From Acidimicrobiia bacterium (GTDB lineage: Bacteria; Actinomycetota; Acidimicrobiia; Spongiisociales; SHLN01): a stretch of DNA of 44,959 nucleotides. The position numbers were made by a program, and so were the translations under genes. The stretch spans positions 1 to 44,959 of the forward strand of contig JBFKDW010000016.1 of the NCBI GenBank assembly GCA_041619515.1. The letters run 5' to 3'. The notes below the pieces were generated by a model. The model saw only the letters and a list, made by a program, of their open reading frames with translations, did not search any database and was not told where the DNA came from. Positions 16,447-26,233 of the stretch are shown piece by piece (within the stretch, counting starts at the first letter, position 1; every line of letters starts with the position of its first letter).

Positions 16447-18390
16447 CTATAGGCCCATGTTGGCCAGGAATGCCTCGTTGTTTGGCTCGCGGCCCAAGAA
16501 CTCAATCAGGAGGACGTCGGCGTCCTTGGTCCCTCCCTGCTCGAGGATGGTCCGGCGATAGGCCCGGCCGACCTCGGGGTTGAGGATGCCCTCGGCCTGG
16601 AATCGGCTGTACATGTCGTCGCCGAAGACCTTCGACCACAGGTAGCCGTAGTACCCGGCGTCGTAGCCGCCCATGAGATGCCCGAAGCTGGCCAGGAAGA
16701 ACGTTCCCTCCGGGAACGGGAGCTCGTTGACTTTGTACGCCTGGCGATCGAGGGCGTCGAGATCGCGCACGTCTGCATCGTCGTGCAACATGAGATCGAG
16801 CGTTCCGAAATAGGCCTGCCGCAGGTTGGCGGCGGCTATGTTCACGTCGCGGGCCGCCACCAGCTGTTGCACGAGCTCGTCGGGGATGCGGTCCCCGGTC
16901 CGGTAATGGCGAGAGAACGTGGCCAGCACCTCGGGCTCCCAGGTCCAGTGCTCCATGATTTGCGAGGGAGCTTCGACGAAATCCCACTCGGTGTTCGCTC
17001 CCGAGAACCGCACCATCTCCGCTTTGGTCAACGTCTGGTGGAGGATGTGTCCGAACTCGTGGAACAGGGTGAGGACTTCCTCGTGGCGCAGCAGCGATGG
17101 AGCATCTGCGGTCGGCTTGGTGAAGTTGGCGACCATCGCGGCAACCGGCCGGATCGTCTCTCCGGCCAGGTTGCGATGGCCGGCCACCAGGTCGAAGGCG
17201 GCGGCGTGCCCGTACTTGCCCTCACGCGGGAACAAGTCCATGTAGAAGTAGGCGAGATGATCGCCGCTTGCCGCATCGAGCACCTGGTAGAGCAGGACGT
17301 CATCGTGCCAGGCGGCAGCCTCGTCGACCCGGGCGTAGGTGACCCCGAACATCTCGGCGGTGATGTCGAGCATTCCGTCGATCACGGATTCGAGCGGAAA
17401 ATACTCGGCGACCTCGTACTCGTCGACGCCATACTCGTCGCGTCGGATCCGGGTGCTGTAGTAGCTCACGTCCCACTGCTGGAGGGTGTCGTCGCCGTAT
17501 TCCTCCAAGAGCATGCTTCGCATCTTGGCGTGTTCGGCCCGAACCTTTTCCTTGAGACGCGGAACCAGCTCTGAATAGAACTTCTCGACCCGCTCGGGAT
17601 CGGCCATCTTCACGTCCATGCTGTGATGAGCCCACGACTCGTACCCAACCAGCTCGGCGATGTGTCGCCTGAGCGCTAGTGCTTCCTCCAGCAGGGGCCG
17701 GTTCTCGCTGACCACCGACGTGTTCTTCTTGCGGAGCAGTTCTTCCCGGCGATGGCGGCTCGTGGCGTTCTGGAGGAAAGGGAACAGGTCCGGGTAGTCC
17801 AGCGTCACCCGATAGGTTCCCTCTGCGTCTCCCGGCTTGAGGGCGCCGATGTAGGAGTCGGGAAGCCCGTCGAGCTCCTCCCGGGTGACTTCGATGTGAT
17901 CCGTGTACGCATCGACGTTGGCCCCGAAGGCCACTTCCAATTCGACGAGGCGCTGCTTGAGCTCTTTGAGCTGGTCACGCTCGTCCGGTTTCAGCCCGTG
18001 ACCCGCCCTCCGGAAGTCCCGCATCCAGAAGTCGAGCAGACGCTGCTGCTCGGCGGTGGCGTCCGGGTCACTTTCGGCGAGTCTTCGCATGCCGGCGTAG
18101 AGGTCGGAGCGAAAGACGACCTCGATGCTCCACTTGTTCAATCTCTCCTCTTCCTCGGTGGCGGCAATCCTCACTCCAGGGTCTGGATGAACTCGGGCCA
18201 TGAAGGCGCCCTTGCCATAGGCGACCTCGATCACGGCCGCAGCCTCGTTGAGCGGCAGCAGCGTGTTGGCGACAGTGTTCTTGGCCGCGACCGCAGCGAT
18301 ACCGTCGATCAGGCGGTTGGCAGCGGTGATCGCCTCGTCGGTGATACGGGCGACGCTCTCGGCTGTGGTCCCGCGGTAGTCGTGAAGCAT
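16447..18390 (-). CDS. M3 family metallopeptidase (thimet oligopeptidase/Dcp-like)
   Basis: LFHEFGH zinc motif, DLFPREGKYGHAA, DFVEAPSQ, GGYDAGYYGYLWS, FLGREP. Confidence 0.93.
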   Translation of the reverse strand: MLHDYRGTTAESVARITDEAITAANRLIDGIAAVAAKNTVANTLLPLNEAAAVIEVAYGKGAFMARVHPDPGVRIAATEEEERLNKWSIEVVFRSDLYAGMRRLAESDPDATAEQQRLLDFWMRDFRRAGHGLKPDERDQLKELKQRLVELEVAFGANVDAYTDHIEVTREELDGLPDSYIGALKPGDAEGTYRVTLDYPDLFPFLQNATSRHRREELLRKKNTSVVSENRPLLEEALALRRHIAELVGYESWAHHSMDVKMADPERVEKFYSELVPRLKEKVRAEHAKMRSMLLEEYGDDTLQQWDVSYYSTRIRRDEYGVDEYEVAEYFPLESVIDGMLDITAEMFGVTYARVDEAAAWHDDVLLYQVLDAASGDHLAYFYMDLFPREGKYGHAAAFDLVAGHRNLAGETIRPVAAMVANFTKPTADAPSLLRHEEVLTLFHEFGHILHQTLTKAEMVRFSGANTEWDFVEAPSQIMEHWTWEPEVLATFSRHYRTGDRIPDELVQQLVAARDVNIAAANLRQAYFGTLDLMLHDDADVRDLDALDRQAYKVNELPFPEGTFFLASFGHLMGGYDAGYYGYLWSKVFGDDMYSRFQAEGILNPEVGRAYRRTILEQGGTKDADVLLIEFLGREPNNEAFLANMGL

Positions 18391-18445
18391 CCGGCAAGAT
18401 TAGCCCCGAGTGCATGCGGCTTCTGTCGGCCGTAAGATCGCTGGT

Positions 18446-19045
18446 ATGAAGTATCCGGACTCACTACTGAGCGGCGGGGAAGAGATATTGCACGCCTTTC
18501 GCCCGCATTGGAAGTCGCTCGTCATCCCGGCCGCCTGGACGCTCCTGGTCATCGTCGGTCTTGCCCTCGTGCCACGCCTCCCCGACGAGAGCTGGCTGCG
18601 CCTGTCCACCATTGCCATCCTCCTGGTGGGTTGGCTGGTGGTAGCGGTGGTCCCGGCGCTGCGGTGGTGGTTCACCCAGTTCGTCCTGACAAACGAGCGC
18701 CTCGTGCTCCGCAAGGGGATCGTGGCTCGCAGCGGCGTGGAGATTCCGCTCGAGGTCATCAACGACGTCATCTTCTCGCAGACCGTCTTCGAGCGGCTGC
18801 TCGGCTTCGGCGATCTGATCATCGAGTCGGCAGGTGAAATGGGACAGAGCCGCTTCTCCAATATCCCCAATCCCGACGGCTTTCAGGCCGAGCTCTACCG
18901 GGTCCGCGAGGACCGGGCTCGGGCTCTCACCACTGCGGAGGCGCCTTCCGACACCCTGGCCACCCTCGCCCGCCTCCATGCCGATGGAGTCCTCACCGAC
19001 GAGGAGTTCGCCTCCAAGAAGGCAAAGCTCCTCGACGAGATCTAG
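18446..19045 (+). CDS. Membrane protein with bacterial PH domain and C-terminal SHOCT
   Basis: RPHW, 2 TM segments, FVLTNERLVLRKGI, ERLLGFGDLIIESAG, LARLHADGVLTDEEFASKKAKLL. Confidence 0.85.
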   Translation: MKYPDSLLSGGEEILHAFRPHWKSLVIPAAWTLLVIVGLALVPRLPDESWLRLSTIAILLVGWLVVAVVPALRWWFTQFVLTNERLVLRKGIVARSGVEIPLEVINDVIFSQTVFERLLGFGDLIIESAGEMGQSRFSNIPNPDGFQAELYRVREDRARALTTAEAPSDTLATLARLHADGVLTDEEFASKKAKLLDEI

Positions 19046-19054
19046 ATCGGGCGG

Positions 19055-19330
19055 TCAACCCAGCTTTTCCATCAGCCGCGCCCTCGTCGTTTCCAGCTTT
19101 TGGCGCCGGTCGGCCAGCTTCTGCAGGCGGCGCTCGAAGCGGGCCACGTCGCCGCTGGTGATGCGGGCGTTCTCGCGCTCGATGGGATCTTCGAACACCG
19201 CAGCGTCCCGGGCTGCGTCATCGGCCAGCGAGCGATGGTATGACAGCTCGTCCGCAAGAATGCGCTCTTGCTCGTCGAGGTCCAGCAGCTGGTCGGTGAC
19301 CGCCATCAGGCGGCGTTCCAGGCGTCCCAT
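19055..19330 (-). CDS. Small coiled-coil hypothetical protein
   Basis: GAGGAGG SD before ATG 19330; heptad-like charged sequence; directly follows the amidohydrolase. Confidence 0.7.
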   Translation of the reverse strand: MGRLERRLMAVTDQLLDLDEQERILADELSYHRSLADDAARDAAVFEDPIERENARITSGDVARFERRLQKLADRRQKLETTRARLMEKLG

Positions 19331-19340
19331 CCCTTCCTCC

Positions 19341-20513
19341 TCAAATGACAACGCCGTCCTGGACGATCGTCGCCGGCCAGGAGAGCGTGCCGAGATTCTC
19401 GAGGGGATCGTCGTCTACCAGCAGCAGATCGGCGACGTTGCCGACCTCCAGGACGCCGACGTCGTCCCAGGCGAACACCTCGGCAGCTGCCGAGGTCGCC
19501 GCTGCGATCACCTCCGACGGGCCCATTCCCAGCTCGGTCAGCAGCTCCATCTCCTGAACCAGCCCGCCCGGGGGGTTGTAAGGAGTCCCGGCATCGGTGC
19601 CGGGCAGCACCCGCACGCCGGCTTCGATGGCGCCGGCAACCGAACCTGATTGCAGCTCGGCGACCTCCGACACCCGCTTCATGAGGTCGCGAGGGAGCTC
19701 GAGCTCACGTTGGCGCATGGCGACGAGCGGGAGCAGCGTCGGGACCAGCGCCACGCCCTCCTCCACCATTCGCTCGGATTGTTCCCGGGTGGCGCCGGTG
19801 CCGTGCTCGATGGTGTCGACGCCGGCGTCGAGAGCCAGGTCGATGCCTTCGGTGCCGTGAACGTGGGCGGCGACGTGCAGGTCGAGCTCGTGGGCCGTTT
19901 CCACCGCGGCTCGCATCTCGTCGAGGGTCATGACCAGCTCGAACCCGTGAGCCCCGGCCCCGAGCACTCCGCCGGTCGGGAAGAGCTTGATGAGGTCGGC
20001 GCCTCGCTCGAACTCCGCCTTGACCGCGTCGGCGAACTCCGGGCCGCCTCGCACCTCCACGCTCAATGCCCGGCCGTGCCCGTCCGGTGGCGTGAGGCCC
20101 CGGCCGGCCGCCATGATCCTGGCGCCGGCCAGGTCGCCGTCGCGCTGGGCGGCGGCAACGTCGATGGCAACGCCTTCGCGGGACCCGACATCCCGGGCGG
20201 TGGTGATGCCGGCCCGCAGCAGCAGCCCGGCACCGTGGGCCGCTCGGATGAGGGTGCGGGCAACCGGCTCCTCTTCGACGTCGTAGATGCCGGTGAGGGT
20301 TGGAGCCAGGCTGATGTGCACATGAGCATCGATCAGTCCCGGCAGGACCGTCCCACCCTCGGCCGGGATCACGAGGGTACGGTCGAGCAAGCCCTCCTCA
20401 TCCGGCCCGATCCAGGAGATCACGCCTGCTTCCCAGATGATCGTCTGATCGGGGATCGGCTCGCCGCCTCTGCCGTCGAGGAGGGTCGCCCCCGTGATCG
20501 CTACCCGCGCCAT
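19341..20513 (-). CDS. Amidohydrolase family protein (metal-dependent, prolidase-like)
   Basis: PGLIDAHVH, AGITTARDVG, GADLIKLF, VAAHVHG, TIEHG, GTDAG, ADLLLVDDDPL. Confidence 0.9.
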   Translation of the reverse strand: MARVAITGATLLDGRGGEPIPDQTIIWEAGVISWIGPDEEGLLDRTLVIPAEGGTVLPGLIDAHVHISLAPTLTGIYDVEEEPVARTLIRAAHGAGLLLRAGITTARDVGSREGVAIDVAAAQRDGDLAGARIMAAGRGLTPPDGHGRALSVEVRGGPEFADAVKAEFERGADLIKLFPTGGVLGAGAHGFELVMTLDEMRAAVETAHELDLHVAAHVHGTEGIDLALDAGVDTIEHGTGATREQSERMVEEGVALVPTLLPLVAMRQRELELPRDLMKRVSEVAELQSGSVAGAIEAGVRVLPGTDAGTPYNPPGGLVQEMELLTELGMGPSEVIAAATSAAAEVFAWDDVGVLEVGNVADLLLVDDDPLENLGTLSWPATIVQDGVVI

Positions 20514-20586
20514 GGCCGCAGGTTAAACCGGCACCGGCTCGAACCCGGCCGGGGTTGGGGACGTACCGAACGGTAGCCTCCGGGTG

Positions 20587-20949
20587 ATGGCCGGCTTTCA
20601 CGAGACCTTTGGCTGGATAGCAATCGCCACCACCGGCATAGCCGGCATTCTCGCACTGACCTTCGCCGTCCGCACGCGCGACCTCCCCGCCTGGTACTGG
20701 TGGGTGGGCGGATCGGCGATCGCGGCTATGGTCGTCCAGGTTCTGGCGGGGGTGTACCTGTATCAGCAGGACAGGAGACCGGGCAGCCAGCACATGTTCT
20801 ACGGGTTCGTCATCCTGTTCACGCTCACATTCGGGTACGTGTATCGCTGGCAGCTGCACAAGAGCGCCCCGCTTCGCTGGGGCCTGTTTCTGCTCTTTGT
20901 CATGGGGCTCGGGATTCGTGGTGTCATGACCTTCGGTGAGAGCTTCTGA
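20587..20949 (+). CDS. Small 4-TM membrane protein, hypothetical
   Basis: Four hydrophobic segments, QVLAGVYL and HMFYG; TAGCCT 7 nt upstream of ATG 20587. Confidence 0.7.
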   Translation: MAGFHETFGWIAIATTGIAGILALTFAVRTRDLPAWYWWVGGSAIAAMVVQVLAGVYLYQQDRRPGSQHMFYGFVILFTLTFGYVYRWQLHKSAPLRWGLFLLFVMGLGIRGVMTFGESF

Positions 20950-21054
20950 GTGGAGCAAGGCGTGCAATAGGAGATGCGGGGCGCAGGACCGTCCCGGAAA
21001 TCCCCGGGGGCGAGGCGTAGCATGGCCCACGAACCAGGCCGCAAGGGAGGGCGA

Positions 21055-21837
21055 GTGCTACTCGAAGGGAAACGTCTCCTCATCACGGGGGCGCTCAACG
21101 ACAAATCGATCGGGTGGCATGTTGCCCGCGTCGCCATCGAGGCCGGGGCCGAGGTGGTGCTCACCGGCTTCGGCCGGGGGATCAGCCTCACAGAGCGAGT
21201 GGCCAAACGACTTCCGGTGACTCCCGACGTGCTCGAGCTCGACATCAACGATCCAGCCCATATGGAGGCAGCGGCCGCCGACCTCGATCGGCGGTGGGGA
21301 GGCGTAGACGGGGTGCTGCATGCCATCGCCTACGCTCCAGAGGACGCCCTCGGCGGCAATTTCCTCAACACACCGGCCGAAAGCGCAGCCATCGCCTTCA
21401 CCACCTCGACCTTCTCGCTCAAGACCCTGGCGGTCGGCGTACGCCCGCTCATGCAAAAGGCGGGCGGTGGCAGCGTGGTGGCGATGGATTTCGACAATCG
21501 GCAGGCATGGCCGGCATACGACTGGATGGGTGTCGCCAAGTCTGCATTGCAGTCGGTGGTGCGGTACCTGGCCCGAGACCTCGGGGCCGACCATATTCGC
21601 GTGAACGCCGTTTCAGCGGGACCGCTGGCAACGGTCGCCGCCAAATCGATCCCCGGCTTCGAGCGCTTCTCGGAGGTGTGGGACGCTCGCTCGCCGCTGC
21701 CGTGGGATACCACGAATCCCGATCCAGTAGCCCGGATGGTGTGCGTGCTACTCAGCGACTGGGCCCTCGCCACCACCGGGGAGATCGTCCATGTTGATGG
21801 GGGCTTCCACGCGATCGCGGCTGGGGTCAACGAGTAG
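21055..21837 (+). CDS. fabI: Enoyl-ACP reductase FabI (InhA-type)
   Basis: LLEGKRLLITG..NDKSIG, DGVLHAIAYAP, AWPAYDWMGVAKSAL, TTGEIVHVDGG; GGAGG SD before GTG 21055. Confidence 0.92.
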   Translation: MLLEGKRLLITGALNDKSIGWHVARVAIEAGAEVVLTGFGRGISLTERVAKRLPVTPDVLELDINDPAHMEAAAADLDRRWGGVDGVLHAIAYAPEDALGGNFLNTPAESAAIAFTTSTFSLKTLAVGVRPLMQKAGGGSVVAMDFDNRQAWPAYDWMGVAKSALQSVVRYLARDLGADHIRVNAVSAGPLATVAAKSIPGFERFSEVWDARSPLPWDTTNPDPVARMVCVLLSDWALATTGEIVHVDGGFHAIAAGVNE

Positions 21838-24579
21838 CATTCCCCGGCCGACCTCGAGGCTCGGGCCGGTCTCCGCTTGGGCCCGGGGGAAGGCGACGGT
21901 GAAGGTGGCTCCGCCGCCCGGTGTCGCCTCCAGCCACACCCTCCCGTGCATGGCTTCGGTCAGGTCCTTCACGATGTTGAGCCCGAGGCCGGTGCCGCCC
22001 TTGAATCGCGTGTCGGGGCGCTCGATCTGGGTGAACCGCTCGAAGATCGTGTCCTCGTACTCGTAGGGGATCCCCTCCCCGTGGTCGATCACCGACAGCC
22101 ACACTTCGTCGTCGACCGCCCGGGCGGTCACCTCGATATCGGAGTCGCTGGCGTATTTGCGGGCGTTGTCGAGCAGATTGGTGATGACTCGCTCAAAGTG
22201 ATCGGGGTCGAGGGCTACCTTGGGCAGCAGGGGAGACAGTGCCAGCTCCACATGGTCCGTCCAGGCGGGGACCCGCTCGACGAGCCGGGTCAGTATCTCG
22301 GCGATGTCACAGGTCTGGAGACGGATGGGCAACGCCTCGTTGTCGATCTTGGAGACTGTGAGCAGGTCTTCGATCAGGGTCTTCAGGCGCTTGGCCTGGT
22401 TCGATGCAGAGTCGAGGAGGCTGGCTGCCACGGGGTTGTCTGGCGCTAGTTCCGGACGCGCCAGGGTGGATAGGGCGCCGATGACCGATGTCAGCGGGGT
22501 GCGCAATTCGTGGCTGACCACCGAGACGAAGTCGGATTTGAGCTGGGCCAGCTCGCTCATACGCCGGCCCGTCTCCTGGGCCTGCTCGTAGCGGGCGAGA
22601 TGGTTGAGGACGAGGCCCGCCGGGGTTGCCAGCAGTTCGAGCGCAGCGGTGTCGGCCTCGGTGAAGTCGGTGTCCTTGTCTGCTACGAGGAGGACACCGA
22701 TGGTCTGGCCTTCGACCTGCAGCGGCACCGCAGCCACCCGTTCGACGCCGAGATCGGCCAGGAGCTGATCCCGGGAGATGTCGACCTCGGTGACCTCGTT
22801 GCGTACGTAGACCGCGCCGGACACGAAGACCGAGGCGGCGGTCGAGTCGCCGTCGACTTCGAAGCGATACCCCTCGGCTTCGAGGGCCTGGCCTGCCACC
22901 CAGAGCGGCGAAAGAGCAACCAGCTCATTCTCTTCGGGCCGGTGGAGGATGACCAGCCCGACTTTCGCTCCGATGTACCCGGCGGTGCGCGCAACCAGTT
23001 CGGGGAGGACCTGATGCATGTCCTCACCCGCTCCGATGGTTCGTGACACCTCATAGAGCTGGAGCAGCTGGCTCTCGCGCCGGCGCAGTGCGTCGCTCTG
23101 CAGATCGAGGGCGGCCAGCCGCTGGGCGGTGCGCACTCCCTGCAAGCGGAGCTCGAGCACGGTGATACCAACGATGACGGTGGTCATCGCCAATCCCGCC
23201 ACGTACCAGGCGAGCTCGATGTTGGACGTGGCGACGGGACCGATGGCAACGGAGATGCCGAACGTGGCCAGCGCAAGCGTGCTGGAAAGGGCGTAGGCCA
23301 ACAGCGGCAACAACACACCGGCGTAGACGATGATCCAAACGCTGGCCACAAAGATGCCCAGGGTGGACTGGTGGAACGGTGCGGTCGCCAGGATGACCCC
23401 CATGAGCAAGCCGAGCCAGAGGAACACGAGCACCGACTCGATTGCACGGCCTCCGAATCGTTTCCAAGGCACCAGGCTGAGTACCAGCAGGCCCGCCGCC
23501 CCCGATGCAAGCGGCAGCCAATAGTCGTCGGTCGTGAGCTGGCCGGCATCCCAGTTCATCCAGGTGAAGACTCCCAGCGCGAACCAACTGCCGGTCAGGC
23601 CCAAGCGGATTGATCGCGTCCTGGCCTCGCCCAGGTCGGCCGCTCCGAAGCGAGCCCCCCTGCGCCGTCGCTGCTTCTCGGAGAGCAGATGCTCCTTGGC
23701 GGCGGCCAACCTGGCGGCCTCCTGGGCTTTCACCACTGCCACCTCGGCGCGGGCATCCTCCTTGGCAGCCTTCAGCTTCCGGCGGAGCTCCTTGCGGCTC
23801 CAGTCTCCCGGCTCGATCTTGGTGGCCAGATAGTCACTCGCCCGGGACTGCCGGGTGGCCTCTGCCAGCCGGGCTTTGCCGGAGCTTCGCTGCTCGGCGA
23901 CCGCCTGCTTGGCCTCGGCGATCCGCTGCCGAGCTGCCCGGCGCTGTTGTCTTCTGTCGGCCGGCGGCAGCGGCGGCGCACCTTCTGGTGGTGGAGCCGG
24001 GCCCGGCGATGCAGCGGAGCCGCCCATCTCGGGTACTTGCTCGGGTTGCCCCCGGCGGCCCCGCCGGCCACCTCGCGACCCCGTGGCCTTCTTCCTCACG
24101 GCGGGGGCCCGTTCCTCCTTGGCGAGGCGGGCATCCTGGCGCAGCTCGCGCCTGGCATGCCTGCGTGCCATCTTGCGCTCGCGCCGGCGCAACGGCTCGG
24201 GGGCCGGCTTGGGGAGGTCGCGACGCCCGGAGCCAGAATCCTTCTCGGGCCGTGGTGCCGGTGCCGGCTGGGAGGCTTCTGTGGCGGCGCCTCGCAGGGT
24301 CGACCGCCGCCGCAGGTGCTCGAGGCTGGCTGCGAGGTGACCATCCACCGGGAGCACGGCCACTTCCGCCGGTGGATCGGTGATGACCGTCCGGCGGGGA
24401 ATAGAGGGCTGGGCGGGGAGCTCCTCCGGGGTCGGTGCGGTCCTGGCAGGCTCACGGGCCGCCGGGGCGTCGACCGATTGGGTCGGGTCGGATGGCCGGC
24501 CCGGGTCTTTTTGGCGGTTCCCCTTCCTCCGCCCTTTGGGACGCAGGTTCGACATCTCGCTATAGATGCTCTTATCCAT
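21748..24579 (-). CDS. Membrane sensor histidine kinase (long basic N-terminus, about 6 TM, GAF, HisKA, HATPase)
   Basis: FVSVVSHELRTPLT, NLLDNARKY, DHGEGI, GGTGLGL, GGGATF; GAF-like VAAVPLQVEGQTIGVL. Start uncertain; 24579 is the first in-frame ATG downstream of the ddl overlap. Confidence 0.85.
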   Translation of the reverse strand: MDKSIYSEMSNLRPKGRRKGNRQKDPGRPSDPTQSVDAPAAREPARTAPTPEELPAQPSIPRRTVITDPPAEVAVLPVDGHLAASLEHLRRRSTLRGAATEASQPAPAPRPEKDSGSGRRDLPKPAPEPLRRRERKMARRHARRELRQDARLAKEERAPAVRKKATGSRGGRRGRRGQPEQVPEMGGSAASPGPAPPPEGAPPLPPADRRQQRRAARQRIAEAKQAVAEQRSSGKARLAEATRQSRASDYLATKIEPGDWSRKELRRKLKAAKEDARAEVAVVKAQEAARLAAAKEHLLSEKQRRRRGARFGAADLGEARTRSIRLGLTGSWFALGVFTWMNWDAGQLTTDDYWLPLASGAAGLLVLSLVPWKRFGGRAIESVLVFLWLGLLMGVILATAPFHQSTLGIFVASVWIIVYAGVLLPLLAYALSSTLALATFGISVAIGPVATSNIELAWYVAGLAMTTVIVGITVLELRLQGVRTAQRLAALDLQSDALRRRESQLLQLYEVSRTIGAGEDMHQVLPELVARTAGYIGAKVGLVILHRPEENELVALSPLWVAGQALEAEGYRFEVDGDSTAASVFVSGAVYVRNEVTEVDISRDQLLADLGVERVAAVPLQVEGQTIGVLLVADKDTDFTEADTAALELLATPAGLVLNHLARYEQAQETGRRMSELAQLKSDFVSVVSHELRTPLTSVIGALSTLARPELAPDNPVAASLLDSASNQAKRLKTLIEDLLTVSKIDNEALPIRLQTCDIAEILTRLVERVPAWTDHVELALSPLLPKVALDPDHFERVITNLLDNARKYASDSDIEVTARAVDDEVWLSVIDHGEGIPYEYEDTIFERFTQIERPDTRFKGGTGLGLNIVKDLTEAMHGRVWLEATPGGGATFTVAFPRAQAETGPSLEVGRGMLLVDPSRDRVEAPINMDDLPGGGEGPVAE

Positions 24580-24605
24580 CTCGTCCCAACCGGTAATGTC
24601 GTGCC

Positions 24606-25604
24606 ATGGCCTCGGTACTAGTCCTTTTCGGTGGGAGATCAGCCGAACATGAGGTTTCTTGCGAGTCGGCGGCAACGGTGGCCGATTCTTTGAAAGCGGC
24701 GGGCCACGGGGTGATCCTGGTGGGGATCGACGCCGGCGGCGGGTGGCATCACGTCGACGAGTCCGGACGACCCCTCGTCGCCGCCGGCGAGGTGGTTTCG
24801 CTCTCGGTCCCCGACGGAGCACTCACCCGCGGCTACGACGTCGTGCCGTACGACGTCGTCTTTCCGGTGCTGCACGGTCCCCACGGCGAGGACGGGACTG
24901 TGCAGGGCCTGTTCGAAGTGGTCGGCGTTCCGTACGTCGGGGCGGGTGTGCTCGCTTCCGCCGCTGCTATGGACAAGGATGTCGCCAATCGCTTGATGGC
25001 GCAGGCCGGCTTGCCGTTGGCCGAGTCGGTGACGGTTCTGGTCGGCGACTACGGACCGGACATGGAGGGCCGGCTCATCGATCAGCTGGGGCTGCCTCTG
25101 TTCGTCAAGCCCGCCGCGCTCGGGTCGTCGGTCGGCATTACCCGGGTGAAAGAGGGTTTCGAGCTCCCAGACGCCATGGCGACCGCCTTCAAATACGGCG
25201 ACAAGGCCGTTGTCGAGGAAGCAGTGGTTGCTCGCGAGATAGAGGTGGCGGTGCTGGACGGGCCGAACACGTCGGTCCCGGGGGAGATCGTCGCGGCGGA
25301 CTGGTACGACTACGACGCGAAATACCGCGACGCTGCAACCGATCTACTGGTGCCGGCGCCCCTCACGAGCGAAGAGGCCGGCACGGTCCGCGACCTGGCC
25401 GGCCGTGCCTTTCAAACGCTCGGGGTACGCGGCCTCGCCCGGGTGGACTTCTTCTACGAGGAGGGCGGACGCGGGTTCTTGATAAACGAGCTGAACACCA
25501 TGCCGGGATGCACGTCGCGTTCGATGTTCCCGCTGCTGTGGGAGGCATCCGGGGTGTCGAATATTGAGCTGTTCGACGGCCTGGTTCGGTCGGTCCTTCC
25601 CTAG
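24606..25604 (+). CDS. ddl: D-alanine--D-alanine ligase
   Basis: LFGGRSAEHEVS, FPVLHGPHGEDGTVQG, AMDK, FVKPAALGSSVG, YDYDAKY, ARVDFF, NELNTMPG. Confidence 0.95.
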   Translation: MASVLVLFGGRSAEHEVSCESAATVADSLKAAGHGVILVGIDAGGGWHHVDESGRPLVAAGEVVSLSVPDGALTRGYDVVPYDVVFPVLHGPHGEDGTVQGLFEVVGVPYVGAGVLASAAAMDKDVANRLMAQAGLPLAESVTVLVGDYGPDMEGRLIDQLGLPLFVKPAALGSSVGITRVKEGFELPDAMATAFKYGDKAVVEEAVVAREIEVAVLDGPNTSVPGEIVAADWYDYDAKYRDAATDLLVPAPLTSEEAGTVRDLAGRAFQTLGVRGLARVDFFYEEGGRGFLINELNTMPGCTSRSMFPLLWEASGVSNIELFDGLVRSVLP

Positions 25605-25608
25605 GTCG

Positions 25609-25842
25609 CTAGAGGGAAACCACCGGGCAGGTGACTGTGCGGACGATGCCGGACACAGACGGGACCTTGCTCGCAACCAGCTTGCCGAGCGCGTCGATGT
25701 CCTCGGCCTGGGCGTCGACGATGACGTCGTACGGTCCCGTGACCGCGCTCGAGCGCACGACGCCCTCGAGATCGGCGAGTGCCGAGGCTACCGCCGCCGC
25801 CTTGCCTACCTCTGTCTGAATTAGCACGAACGCTTCGACCAA
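25609..25842 (-). CDS. Lrp/AsnC ligand-binding-domain protein
   Basis: VEAFVLIQTEVGK, VTGPYDVIV, GIVRTVTCPVV; GAGGAGG SD, TTG start; typical actinobacterial neighbour of ddl. Confidence 0.85.
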   Translation of the reverse strand: MVEAFVLIQTEVGKAAAVASALADLEGVVRSSAVTGPYDVIVDAQAEDIDALGKLVASKVPSVSGIVRTVTCPVVSL

Positions 25843-25933
25843 TGTTCCTCCTCGGAATCGCTGCTAGCTCGGACTCTAGGCCGGGAAACCACCCATGGGG
25901 GAGCCGTCTTCGCCTTCGCAGGGGCGGAGGGTC

Positions 25934-26146
25934 TCAGTAACCGTCGCTTCCGAATCGGAGGCGTCTGGCGTAGTCGACCCCGGCTTCGGTCTCGACATCG
26001 AAATTGACGCGCTGACCCTGCCTCAGCATGCGAAAAATACTGCCGGACAGCGATCCCGGACGGAGATGGACCTTCTCGCGGTTGTCCTCGCGAACGATGA
26101 TGCCTACCCCGGTGGCGGGGTCGTACACCTGGACGACGCCTTGCAT
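25934..26146 (-). CDS. Cold-shock-domain-like small protein
   Basis: MQGVVQVYDPATGVG ... FRMLRQGQRVNFDV; TACGCT 7 nt upstream. Confidence 0.7.
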   Translation of the reverse strand: MQGVVQVYDPATGVGIIVREDNREKVHLRPGSLSGSIFRMLRQGQRVNFDVETEAGVDYARRLRFGSDGY

Positions 26147-26233
26147 GCGCCATAGCGTAGCCGCCGGCGCCGGGCCCCAGAAGAGACCCCGCCCAGGCAC
26201 CCGCACCGGACCAGCCCCGTCGGCAAGCGCCGC

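Noticed and set aside
25880..25892. 13-nt match GCCGGGAAACCAC with 11024-11036, near a hairpin at about 25908-25929
   Set aside because: A single short GC-rich match with no P1/P2-type promoter; the hairpin is more simply a terminator for the cold-shock-like gene.
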